This document shows positions 19,818-28,472 of a stretch of 64,000 nt of DNA, piece after piece. Positions within the stretch are counted from its first letter, which is position 1. Each line of letters opens with the position of its first letter. The DNA lies in the NCBI GenBank assembly GCA_965237675.1, contig OZ250150.1, positions 836,339 through 900,338 of the forward strand, in the 5' to 3' direction. Both the position numbers and the translations under genes were made by a program. Below the pieces are notes generated by a model. It was given only the letters and a program-made list of their open reading frames with translations, made no database searches and was not told the DNA's origin. The stretch is from Candidatus Latescibacterota bacterium. Its GTDB lineage: Bacteria > Latescibacterota > UBA2968 > GCA-2709665.

Positions 19818-20576
19818 TCAGGAACGGTTTAATATACACCGCAGATAACTGAGTGACGATATTGCTTTGAGACTGTTGATTTCCGTTCCGAATGTTACTG
19901 CCTCTCCGTGTAGGACTTGATGCCGATTTAGTCCTTCGAATGACTCGCTCCTTTCATGTTGATTCATCCAAAGAGGGCTCGAAATCGAGAGAGGGGTCAA
20001 CATCGCCTCCAAGAAACCACCGGGGGCCTCGTTGCGTTTATATTTACAGGCGACAGATTTTCTTTCGTAACTTTTAAACAAACTCTTTGAGGATGCCTCC
20101 CAAAATATCCCGTCTGACTGCGCCAGTAAAACCGGTATCGCGAGGTTGTACTTTCGTTCTCGATGTGCTTGGAACGCATCACGGAAGAGATGGCTTCTCT
20201 CCGGATAGGACTGAGAGAGTTCCAACTCTATGGCATCTACTCGCTCCCGTAGGAAGTCGATGGCAATTTTCTCGGCGCGATCACGGTCAGCGCTCACAGT
20301 GCGCAGGATTTCTTGCAGGTTATCCAAGGGCAATCCCAAGTCGGGGAACCATCCAATCTTGGCAAGTTTAATCAAAGCCTTTCTGTTAATTTCCGGTAGT
20401 TCTTGCAAATACTTCAAGAACAGCACGGCATACGGCGCCAATGCCTGGACTGTTTGTCTGATCGTCTCTATATCTTTTTCTAGCGATGGAATCGACGCAA
20501 AAAGTAACTCGGCAAAATGCTCTGCAAGAGTGCGATTCCGATTGTGTTGACTATCACTTTCCTGCGCCATCGTCAA
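19818..20576 (-). CDS. Hypothetical protein with C-terminal HEPN-like Rx4H motif
   Basis: 252 aa, 67 nt upstream of the MmeI-like gene. FEGLNRHQVLHGEAV fits the HEPN R-x4-H signature. Confidence 0.5.
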   Translation of the reverse strand: MTMAQESDSQHNRNRTLAEHFAELLFASIPSLEKDIETIRQTVQALAPYAVLFLKYLQELPEINRKALIKLAKIGWFPDLGLPLDNLQEILRTVSADRDRAEKIAIDFLRERVDAIELELSQSYPERSHLFRDAFQAHRERKYNLAIPVLLAQSDGIFWEASSKSLFKSYERKSVACKYKRNEAPGGFLEAMLTPLSISSPLWMNQHERSESFEGLNRHQVLHGEAVTFGTEINSLKAISSLSYLRCILNRS

Positions 20577-20600
20577 TCTTCCTCGGGGTATGTTGCCTGT

Positions 20601-20951
20601 CTATATAATGAGAGCTCCCGTTAACGAGCAACGTGATCTATTGCCGACCAATCCTGATCTTCCGCATCTCTCTGACAAACAGGATATCCTTGAATACCCT
20701 TTCGCTATCTTTATCCAATTGGAGTTATCCCTCGATCTCACGTCGCCGTAATTAATCTTCGGTCTCCAAATATACGATCCTGAAATCTGTTGGATCCCCA
20801 CGCCTACCAACGAAACACGGCCAGCCATCGACATGACCATAATTGCCACGTAGGGCGAGCAATTTCGAGCATCGTGACGCGTTTCGCCGTCGTAATCGCA
20901 GCCGATTCGTCCGGGGCAAAGGATCGTTGGGCTATCCCGTCGGGAAATCAT
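20601..20951 (-). CDS. Possible 116-aa ORF coupled to the DUF4276 gene (uncertain)
   Basis: ATG 20951 overlaps the DUF4276 stop (ATGA 20948-20951). The Arg/Cys/Ser-rich composition is not convincing as a protein. It would fill an otherwise 370-bp gap. Confidence 0.25.
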   Translation of the reverse strand: MISRRDSPTILCPGRIGCDYDGETRHDARNCSPYVAIMVMSMAGRVSLVGVGIQQISGSYIWRPKINYGDVRSRDNSNWIKIAKGYSRISCLSERCGRSGLVGNRSRCSLTGALII

Positions 20952-21577
20952 TTTCCCTCTGGTGTCCAACTCTCCCTAAGCTTTTGGAGTGTCTCGACAA
21001 ATCGTCTTGCGTGGCGCGACGCATTCGTGACTTTCGCAGAGTCTATTGTAGCCAGGATTTCAAAACTGTGACGCCCTTTGTCATAGCGGCCTTTCGAGGT
21101 ACGACGCGTAGCCTGGCGAATTCTGTTGAGTACATCATTCTTGGCAACCTGCTCTATCTGTTGATTCGACGGGAGCGCGGTTTCCTGAAAGCCCTGGCCG
21201 TAGTATTCCTCAAGGGCCGTACGGTCCGCCAGAAACCAGGATTCCATGACCTCTACCATGAGGTGGCACTGGTCGTCGGTTGCGCCAGCTGGGCGATCCC
21301 GGCCATCACGGCCCTTGAGGTGTTGCCACGGCCCCGTTTCTCCTACCGCCCTTTCAGCGTCCAACAGAAGCATCGGGCCTTCATTTTTGGCGGCCGTATT
21401 ACGTTGTCTCGTCCTAAAGTCCTCGTACGCGTTCCTGCGACTGCCCGAGGCTACAATTTCGGGCATTGTTCCTTTCAACCCCGATTTTTCAATGAATTTC
21501 CGAAAACCCCTGCGGCACGCCCTTTTGAGCGCCCTGCTACTGCCTCCTCCTTCGACATATAGCTTGATCTTCACCAC
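20948..21577 (-). CDS. DUF4276 family protein
   Basis: VKIKLYVEGGGSSRALKRACRRGFRKFIEKSGL...MPEIVASGSRRNAYEDF matches my recollection of the DUF4276 N-terminus. Its GTG start overlaps the ATPase stop (GGTGGTGA). Confidence 0.6.
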   Translation of the reverse strand: MVKIKLYVEGGGSSRALKRACRRGFRKFIEKSGLKGTMPEIVASGSRRNAYEDFRTRQRNTAAKNEGPMLLLDAERAVGETGPWQHLKGRDGRDRPAGATDDQCHLMVEVMESWFLADRTALEEYYGQGFQETALPSNQQIEQVAKNDVLNRIRQATRRTSKGRYDKGRHSFEILATIDSAKVTNASRHARRFVETLQKLRESWTPEGK

Positions 21578-22764
21578 CGATTCCCTCCTATTTCCCCTTT
21601 CACCCAGAGCTCACCAAGTCGATATTTATCGAGCCATTTCTCAAGTTCCTCGCCGTCCAGCCGGCGAAGTTGGCTCGCTCCGTTGGATTTTTCGCAGACA
21701 ATTACTGCCTCCGGAGTATCCGTGAGCGCGTCAATGAGAATGTCAGAGTGTGTTGTGACGAAGATTTGGCTGCGGGACGACGCCTCGACTAGAAGCTCCG
21801 CCAACTCCGGGATCACGTCAGGGTGCAGTCCGATCTCAGGCTCCTCAATGCATACAACAGGTGGCGGATTGGGATTGCAGAGCACCGAAAGCAGGCAAAG
21901 ATAGTGTAGAGTACCATCAGAAAGCCGGGTGGCCGGCACGGAATGATCCAAGCCTTCTTCATGGAAGGACAACTGCACCGTGCTACCCTGTATCGTCACG
22001 AGAATATCCTCTATCGTCGGATGAAAGGCCTTCAAGCGTTCCACAATCTTGCGTTTTACGGGAGGTTGGTTCAGTAAATTGCCAAGAACCAAGCCGATAT
22101 TTGAAGCGTCCTCCAACAGGCTGTCCTGCGGGAGGTCGGCCTGCTGCGGAAGGCGGGATGGTGCAGAGCGACCGAGGTTCCACTCACGATAGAAACGCAT
22201 ACGTTCGAAAGCCTCAGCCAGATGGGTTAATTCCGGATAGGAGTCCGGATCGCGACGCTGCGCGAGAATGGACTGGTCGGGAATTACTTCATCCCGTGTG
22301 AGGCGTCGGTCTGGACGAGGCTCCTGCGTGAAGACGTTGAGCACTGGCTGACCATCTCGGTATCGGTAGAAGATATATGGCTCCTCGTTTCCTGGAGTCG
22401 GCTTCTCATTCTCGATCGCCTCTTCCAAGAGTTCAAACCGTGCACCTGTCTCGGTGAACGACAGCCGATACCTGAGCGGCTGCTTCTCCGGGTATTCGAC
22501 TGTTACGTCTACGGTTGCCGTGCCGAGTCGAGTGGCTCCTTTCCAAAGCCAATCGTGAACGCCTCCTCCTACCCGAATCGGTGCCTGCAAATCCCTGGTC
22601 GGCGCTGCTGACAGGATCGATAACACTTCAATCAAGTTTGATTTTCCAGACGCGTTAGGACCAATGAAGACGTTTAATGGTTCCAGATGAAACTCCTCGT
22701 CCCCGGATCCGTAGGACAATATGTTGTCGAGACGGATTGTTCGAATCAACCTTTTGCCTTTCAT
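21571..22764 (-). CDS. ABC/AAA_21-type ATPase
   Basis: 397 aa. Walker A GPNASGKSNL, Walker B/D-loop VVCIEEPEIGLHPD, and HSD in FVTTHSDILIDAL. Confidence 0.8.
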   Translation of the reverse strand: MKGKRLIRTIRLDNILSYGSGDEEFHLEPLNVFIGPNASGKSNLIEVLSILSAAPTRDLQAPIRVGGGVHDWLWKGATRLGTATVDVTVEYPEKQPLRYRLSFTETGARFELLEEAIENEKPTPGNEEPYIFYRYRDGQPVLNVFTQEPRPDRRLTRDEVIPDQSILAQRRDPDSYPELTHLAEAFERMRFYREWNLGRSAPSRLPQQADLPQDSLLEDASNIGLVLGNLLNQPPVKRKIVERLKAFHPTIEDILVTIQGSTVQLSFHEEGLDHSVPATRLSDGTLHYLCLLSVLCNPNPPPVVCIEEPEIGLHPDVIPELAELLVEASSRSQIFVTTHSDILIDALTDTPEAVIVCEKSNGASQLRRLDGEELEKWLDKYRLGELWVKGEIGGNRW

Positions 22765-22849
22765 AGCGCACTCCCCTCATTTCCCATTTCGGCTCCAACT
22801 GCAAATGGAATTTCTTTCTTTCGTCAGGATCTCCACTGAATCGGCTAAA

Positions 22850-23053
22850 TCATCCGTGATTCAATTGCAATCCCTGATTTCCGGACTGATTCATTAAATT
22901 GCCCCGGCGATCTCTTCCACTTTCTACAACCCCCTCTACAGACCCCACAAAATCGACGGTTGTCGGACAGCCATTGCCATCAAAGCATTTTGTCGGCCAC
23001 TTTTCATCGTTATTGACCGACAACTGACGTTGTGGGACAAGAGTGTCCGTCAA
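22850..23053 (-). CDS. Possible small ORF translationally coupled to fic (uncertain)
   Basis: A TTG start overlaps the fic stop (TTTGA). The first ~28 codons (VPQ..L...N.EKWPTK.FDGN) are conserved, with synonymous changes, in the second repeat copy at 24500-24583. Confidence 0.3.
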   Translation of the reverse strand: MTDTLVPQRQLSVNNDEKWPTKCFDGNGCPTTVDFVGSVEGVVESGRDRRGNLMNQSGNQGLQLNHG

Positions 23054-23082
23054 AATACCTCTCTGCCTTCTGCGACGTTTAA
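22957..23082. repeat. Repeat A copy 1 (fic 3' end plus ~100 bp downstream)
   Basis: By eye roughly three-quarters identical to 24488-24616. Contains the inverted repeat TTGTCGG-N20-CCGACAA. Confidence 0.7.
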
Positions 23083-24162
23083 GAGTTCGGGAAACGCAAG
23101 AACTGCTGCCCTACGGCCCCTGCCTTGATGAACCACCCTCAGGACGTCACCTTCGCACAAGACATCCAGAATCCGCCGCGCGGTTCGCTGTGTAATGCCC
23201 GCGGATGCCGCAAAGTCAGAGCTGCGGAATATCGGACGTTCAAAAATCCAGTCCAGTGCATGGACGGCGTAGCGGGAGCGGGTGAGGTCGGCCACACGCC
23301 GCTTCATCTCTTCGTAGAGGTCGATGATGCCCTGTGCCTTTGTCAGGTTGTCCTGGGCTTGAACCCTCACCGCTTCCAGGAAAAACCGGCACCATCCGGT
23401 CCAGTCGTCGTCACGCGAGACGGCAAGCAGGCCGTCATAGTAGGCGTCACGGTGGGTTTCGAAATAAGCACTGATGTAAAACATGGGAGCTCTGATAAGG
23501 CCACGCTGCCATAGGAACAGCGGCACCAGTATGCGTCCGAGACGACCGTTGCCATCCAGGAACGGGTGCAGGGCTTCGAACTCGGCGTGCAGAATGGCGA
23601 GTTGAACCAATTGGTCGGCCGCATTATCGTGGATGTAACGCTCCCACGCACTCATGGCCTCTGGAAGCTTGTCCGCCCCAATCGGCACAAACTTGGCTTG
23701 ATCGATGGTACATCCAGTGGGACCGATCCAATTGGGAATCCGACGAAATTCACCCGGTGACTGACCCTCTCCCCGCACCCCAGCCAACAGCACCCTATGG
23801 GCCTCGCGGATCACCCGATGGGAAAGCGGTAGCTTCTCCAGCATTTCTACCGCCCGCCGCATTGCGGTGCGATAGTTGATCACTTCGTGAATGTCCTCCC
23901 GACGTGTGGGCGAATCCGGCTCCCGTCCGGCCTCGAACTCCAGCACCTCGCCCATAGTGGCCTGAGTGCCCTCGATGCGCGAAGAGAGCACGGCTTCCTG
24001 TGTTGTCAGAGGCGCAAGCAGATTGTCGGTGTTTGGGGTGGCGGCGAGTGTACCGTCGTAACGTGCGACTGCCGCGGCGGCTGGGCCAATGAGTGGAATC
24101 AGCGCTGACCAGTCGAGGTTTTCGGGAGGGAACCGGCCGGCGTGGTATTGGACATGCGTCAT
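23050..24162 (-). CDS. Fic-domain protein, class II (internal inhibitory helix), with C-terminal wHTH-like region
   Basis: Fic motif HPFLDGNGRLGR. N-terminal inhibitory motif SSRIEG (SxxxEG). ATG 24162 is preceded by GGAGA. Confidence 0.85.
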   Translation of the reverse strand: MTHVQYHAGRFPPENLDWSALIPLIGPAAAAVARYDGTLAATPNTDNLLAPLTTQEAVLSSRIEGTQATMGEVLEFEAGREPDSPTRREDIHEVINYRTAMRRAVEMLEKLPLSHRVIREAHRVLLAGVRGEGQSPGEFRRIPNWIGPTGCTIDQAKFVPIGADKLPEAMSAWERYIHDNAADQLVQLAILHAEFEALHPFLDGNGRLGRILVPLFLWQRGLIRAPMFYISAYFETHRDAYYDGLLAVSRDDDWTGWCRFFLEAVRVQAQDNLTKAQGIIDLYEEMKRRVADLTRSRYAVHALDWIFERPIFRSSDFAASAGITQRTARRILDVLCEGDVLRVVHQGRGRRAAVLAFPELLNVAEGREVF

Positions 24163-24487
24163 CAATCGTCTCCAAGCTCCCATTGCATGTGATGGCCGCA
24201 ACGCCTGGTGCAATCGTGCGGCTTTGGTGGAAAAAACAGCGTCCCTGCATAAATCTTATTATGTAGATGCGAAATTTCTTGTGCATATAGGTTTCGACCT
24301 TCAGCCGAGGAACCGTGGTCGATCCCTTGCGGCTGCGGCCGTCGCCTTAGTAATCGCCATTTACCGCAGATCTCCGAGAAGACGCGGCGCAGTTCTGCCA
24401 CTTCGACGTACAGCGACAGATTAATTCTTCGCCGCTGCACGATATATTTCGCTTCTATAGCCGCGGTCAGGGCCCACTCGACGAAAA

Positions 24488-24616
24488 CGGCTGTTGTCGG
24501 TCAGTCATTGCCGTCAAAGTATTTTGTCGGCCATTTTTCCTCAAAATTGGCCGGTAAGCGATGTTGTGGGACATACGTGACCGTCAAAATACATTTCTGC
24601 TTTCCGCAACGTTTAC
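24488..24616. repeat. Repeat A copy 2, including a remnant of a second fic 3' end
   Basis: The minus strand encodes ...VNVAESRNVF-stop, compared with LNVAEGREVF-stop of the intact fic. The same downstream sequence then follows. Confidence 0.7.
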
Positions 24617-24697
24617 GCGAATTCCAAAATCGAGTCCACCCATCCCCCGTGGGCCTGCCTGTCCTGCCTGCTGAAGCAGACGAGGCAGGCGGCAGAC

Positions 24698-24815
24698 AGG
24701 CAACCCTTGTGGATGCCCTGGTTTCTTTGGCGGAGATCGTCGCTTCCTGGAAGGCCGGGCGCCCACAAGAGGCGCCCCTACAAATGTGATCATTCCACGG
24801 ATGTGGTTGGGCATT
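24698..24815. repeat. REPIN-like element B, copy 1
   Basis: Core hairpin GGGCGCC-CACAAGA-GGCGCCC plus an inverted degenerate copy (GGCAACC-CTTGTGG-ATGCC). About 120 bp alignable with 27358-27477. Confidence 0.7.
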
Positions 24816-24929
24816 GGCATAAGCCCTTGCATCGAGGTGGATCCAAAACGCTTGGACATGACCGCCCAAGTGGCTTTTGCGGAAAAGCGATAAGATGGCG
24901 ATTCGGTTCCTCGGTTCATTTGCCTTGAA

Positions 24930-26672
24930 TTAAGGACATGGTCTGTACTCGACCAATGCCGACCGGCCGACTATGTCGGCGATGCGGACAAACATTTCGG
25001 TTCCGTCGGCATCGGTCAGCCGCAACTCTTCTCCGAGAATGAAGTGGACCGGCTGCTGCGCTCCCTGGTTAATCGAGACGTTGGAGGCGTACAGGTAGGT
25101 TCTGCCGTGACTATCCAGGATGGGGTTCAACCTTCCGGTTAAACCCGGTACCTCGCCGGTTGCCTCCGGGAAAATGACCGCACCCCCCTCCGGAAGCGTC
25201 CCAAGTTCAATCGCGAGCGCTCCACGGCTCGGCACCCATTCACGCTCCACATGCGCGGCGGATCCGCGAGCAGCCACAAATACTGTCATCGGGAGGTGCG
25301 TGGTGTGCAGATCAATCGCCGCCTCGCCGTATTCGTCCGTGGTCGCGCGCTTCCATGTCTTGTTCGGAAAAAGTGTCAGAAGGTCGGCACCAGGCCGGGG
25401 TTGGCCGACGAACCGCACGGTGATGACGGCGCGGGCAGGGCTCTGCTCCTGCGCCGCCGCTGGTAGGGTGAGGCAGACCTCCGCGTCATCGATCAGTCGG
25501 TATTCAGGCATTCTCCCGCAGAGTTCCCACGTTTCCCGCCGAATGATCGGAACACCATCTCCGCGGCGCTCCATAAAGTATTGTCTGTCCTCTGAGCCCC
25601 GGACTCCCCCTACCGGCATTCGTCCCAGCACGGAGGTCAATGCTTCGTTTCGAGTCGCTTGCCGCGTTGCCATACTCTCAAGCGTCAGGTTATTCGGCAA
25701 TGAACCCGGCGACTGGATCTCAATCCGATCCTCAAACATGGATAGGCGGATTCTACTGCCCTGAATGGAATAGTCGCGGTGCGCCACGGCGTTGACGATG
25801 GCCTCGAACAGCGCCTTGTCGCTGTACTGAGGCAAATCCACGCGCCACGGCTCCTTGCGCGCCGCAACGTGCATGTTCCTTACGCCGAAGGTCACCGCAT
25901 CGGCGATTTGCCGGTTCAACGGGCCGGTAATTTCCTGCGCATCGATCTGGCCAGAGGCACGATCCTTTCCCCTGTAGCGGGTCGCCGTAATGCAGGCGTT
26001 GGAGAGCCACTGCGCGGGATTCTGGGTGCACAACAACACGCCAGCAACCGTGGCACGCGAGACCCCGGCTTCGTCGGGCGCTAGAAGCGCCAACTTCAGG
26101 AGCGCTGCCTCAGGATCCGCTGCCCCTTCGGCACTCAACAGGGGTTTCCAAAGCGATTCATCAAGAGTTTTGAACCCGGTATCCGGAACCGTTTGCTCGT
26201 CGAACGATCGGAAACGCGCCTGTCCCCGTCGTTGCGCCAGGCGCAGCCGCTCGTCACTCGTCATCCTTCGCTTTGAACCGCCTACACGAACATAGCTTCC
26301 ACCGGGGCTGTCATGCTGCGAATCGCCCTCCGGGACATCCACCAGCAGCAACCGATTGTCATCAGGGAGTTGTTTGTGATATGTGTGGATACGAACGGCC
26401 GGTCTGATGGAGTCGGAGCTCACTTCGACCAGAAAAGAATCCAACGCGACGATCTGCTCAAGCGACATGCCCTGCACCTCGCCTTCGTCGGTGACGCTGC
26501 AAAGCAGTACGCCGCCGCTCGCATTGGCGAACGCCGCGATCTCGTCGGCCAGATCATCCCTGCGGGGACACTTGGGAACGATGCCGGCAAACACGATTTC
26601 CTTAAATTCCCACTGGCTGTCTTCACCCAATTGGAGTTGACGCTCGATTTCTTCGACGCTGTAACTCATCAC
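24930..26672 (-). CDS. AlbA_2 + HATPase_c_4-type putative DNA-binding/ATP-binding protein with extra C-terminal ~160 aa
   Basis: WEFKEIVF...LADEIAAFANASGGVLLCSV (AlbA_2) and AIVNAVAHRDYS...IEIQSPGSLP (HATPase_c_4-like). Confidence 0.75.
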   Translation of the reverse strand: MMSYSVEEIERQLQLGEDSQWEFKEIVFAGIVPKCPRRDDLADEIAAFANASGGVLLCSVTDEGEVQGMSLEQIVALDSFLVEVSSDSIRPAVRIHTYHKQLPDDNRLLLVDVPEGDSQHDSPGGSYVRVGGSKRRMTSDERLRLAQRRGQARFRSFDEQTVPDTGFKTLDESLWKPLLSAEGAADPEAALLKLALLAPDEAGVSRATVAGVLLCTQNPAQWLSNACITATRYRGKDRASGQIDAQEITGPLNRQIADAVTFGVRNMHVAARKEPWRVDLPQYSDKALFEAIVNAVAHRDYSIQGSRIRLSMFEDRIEIQSPGSLPNNLTLESMATRQATRNEALTSVLGRMPVGGVRGSEDRQYFMERRGDGVPIIRRETWELCGRMPEYRLIDDAEVCLTLPAAAQEQSPARAVITVRFVGQPRPGADLLTLFPNKTWKRATTDEYGEAAIDLHTTHLPMTVFVAARGSAAHVEREWVPSRGALAIELGTLPEGGAVIFPEATGEVPGLTGRLNPILDSHGRTYLYASNVSINQGAQQPVHFILGEELRLTDADGTEMFVRIADIVGRSALVEYRPCP

Positions 26673-26858
26673 TGTTCTCCAGATCCAGGCTGTGTAGACC
26701 CGGCAAAGTTTACCCTTGTTTCAACTCGTCGATCGCCCCCCAGCCCTGTTTATGTCGTTCACGCCGGTTGCAGCTGGAAAGACGGCAACGCAATTTCGAC
26801 GGACCGGCTTCCCCCCGCAGCATGGCGTCGCGCTGGTATCGGCTTTGAAAGGGTACCA

Positions 26859-27101
26859 TCAATCCAAACCATCGGCGACCGTTGCGTCGAGACCGCTCCA
26901 TTCTTCACTGTCGGCAGCCATGGCTCGGTAGGTTTCCTTGAAGGATAGCTTGTTACGTTCATTGCCATATATGAGGACGCCCTGTTCAGTCTCTTCCAGG
27001 ACCAGCGAGTCGCCCCAGCCGTATTTCTGCACCAGCGCTCTCGGTAGCCGAATGCCCCTGGAGTTGCCGATAGCGATCAGTTTGACATCCCTCGTTGCCA
27101 T
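26859..27101 (-). CDS. AbrB/MazE/SpoVT-family antitoxin-like protein (no intact toxin partner)
   Basis: 80 aa. KLIAIGNSRGIRLPRALVQKYGW is the SpoVT-AbrB swapped-hairpin motif. Confidence 0.75.
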   Translation of the reverse strand: MATRDVKLIAIGNSRGIRLPRALVQKYGWGDSLVLEETEQGVLIYGNERNKLSFKETYRAMAADSEEWSGLDATVADGLD

Positions 27102-27159
27102 ACAGTCGACCTCCGTCGGATTCCTTCTATTACAGAAGTCATATAGTTACTTTATCGGA

Positions 27160-27258
27160 CGATGTCAAGCCTTCCGTGGAAATAAAAAGCAAGCAGGGCG
27201 CCCACAAGGGACGCCCCTACAATTGTAATGTTATTGCGGACATGGCCGTGCGTTATGC
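27160..27258. repeat. REPIN-like element B, partial copy
   Basis: GGGCGCCCACAAGGGACGCCCCTACAATTGTAATG aligns with the right half of element B. Confidence 0.55.
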
Positions 27259-27357
27259 TAAATGTGTACATAACGACGATTGGACATTTTCATCCAAATC
27301 CGCCGGGACACCTCCCCGCCGCCTTCACCCAAATCTGACCGGTACATACACCATCGT

Positions 27358-27477
27358 AGAGGCAACCCTTGTGATTGCCCTGGTTTTCGTTAGGGCGATC
27401 GTCGCGTCCTGGAAGGCAGTGCGCCCACAAGAGGCGCTCCTACCATATTAATGATTCCGCGGATGTGGTTGGGCATT
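27358..27477. repeat. REPIN-like element B, copy 2
   Basis: Aligns along its length with 24698-24815; core GCGCCCACAAGAGGCGC. Confidence 0.7.
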
Positions 27478-27602
27478 GTAACAAATGTAGCAACTGAGCT
27501 GGATCGATAGCCGTTCGCCATCTCCTCCCAAATCGAATCCGACCATTCCTATAGGGGAAACCCTCGTGGTTAGCCAGGTTTCTGTGTCGGCTATCACAAT
27601 GG

Positions 27603-28022
27603 TCACTGTGTTTTCCAGGGATTGGTGACGTCAACGTCCAGGCCATTGAAATCCGCGACATTTCTCGTTGCAACCGACAGATCATGAGCCCTGGCAGTTC
27701 CGGCAATGAGCGCATCCCCCAGGTCCAGCACCCGTCCGAATCGATGCGCCTGTGCACGAAAGTAGGCCGCCCACTCTGCTCCCATTCTGTCCAGAGGCAG
27801 GATGCGGTCCTGGTAATCTGGGATGAACCCTGACAGCACCGAGCGCAATACGTCGCGACGTTGTCCATGAGGCAATAGCTGCAAACAAAACTCCAACTCA
27901 TGCACTACCATCGCCGACAACCATAAGTCGTCCTGCTCAGCCAGGAATGCCATAACCTGCGAGTCCGGCGCGCTTCTGGTCAGTTCTGAGACGATGTTTG
28001 TGTCCAGGAGAAAGCCGCTCAC
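27603..28022 (-). CDS. vapC: PIN-domain toxin VapC
   Basis: GTG 28022 overlaps the antitoxin stop (GTGA). FLLDTNIVSEL...DALIAGTARAHDLSVATRNVADF is a typical VapC/FitB sequence. Confidence 0.85.
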   Translation of the reverse strand: MSGFLLDTNIVSELTRSAPDSQVMAFLAEQDDLWLSAMVVHELEFCLQLLPHGQRRDVLRSVLSGFIPDYQDRILPLDRMGAEWAAYFRAQAHRFGRVLDLGDALIAGTARAHDLSVATRNVADFNGLDVDVTNPWKTQ

Positions 28023-28303
28023 CCCGTTCCTCCGTCGTCGAACGGAATCTCCCGCCGGGACGTTCGATCGCCGGGGATTTCGAGATTCACGCCGCGCGGC
28101 ATGTTGTCGATCAACCACTGGCCAAGCGGTTTGCGCGGAGACGACTGAGCCTTCCATACGTGCTCGGGCACCACAACGAAGGCCTTCCGCGCGCCGATGC
28201 GCTGCGGGCCTTCCTCTTCGGAAAGACGAAGGATTTCAGACAACCGTGCCTTGGCCTCTGCGACAGTCCAGACCCGGCGTGGTTTGGCATATTGGGTGGT
28301 CAT
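28019..28303 (-). CDS. Phd/YefM-type antitoxin
   Basis: Start is MTTQ at 28303 after GGAGAA. WTVAEAKARLSEILRLSEEEGPQRIGARKAFVVVP. Confidence 0.75.
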   Translation of the reverse strand: MTTQYAKPRRVWTVAEAKARLSEILRLSEEEGPQRIGARKAFVVVPEHVWKAQSSPRKPLGQWLIDNMPRGVNLEIPGDRTSRREIPFDDGGTG

Positions 28304-28472
28304 ATATTCTCCTGTCGTTGTATAGTAGTCCAATATAGACCATTTTAATCGGTAAATCAAGGGGTTTCATATCGGCTATCTGTAAATACGGCCGATCCTC
28401 GACCAAAGAGGACCGGCCAACCATGTCGACGATGCGACCCGGCCAGTATCCTTACATATTACAGGGAGCAAC

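Noticed and set aside
24162-24583. The open frame upstream of fic, ending in TGATG on the fic start, considered as a class I Fic antitoxin.
   Set aside because: It contains an internal TGA and has no (S/T)xxxE(G/N) inhibitory motif. The Fic protein carries its own SSRIEG motif (class II). The frame is most likely kept open by G+C content and the duplicated repeat A.
26672-26858. A decayed MazF toxin downstream of the MazE-like gene.
   Set aside because: None of the three frames shows MazF/PemK, PIN or Doc motifs. Only a 49-codon Arg-rich ORF is present. Recorded as an orphan antitoxin instead.
22800-28400. Integron-like cassette array (co-oriented single genes and toxin-antitoxin modules separated by imperfect palindromic repeats).
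   Set aside because: There is no intI integrase or attI. The repeats lack the RYYYAAC/GTTRRRY attC core. Repeat A contains the coding 3' end of fic, and repeat B has REP-doublet structure.
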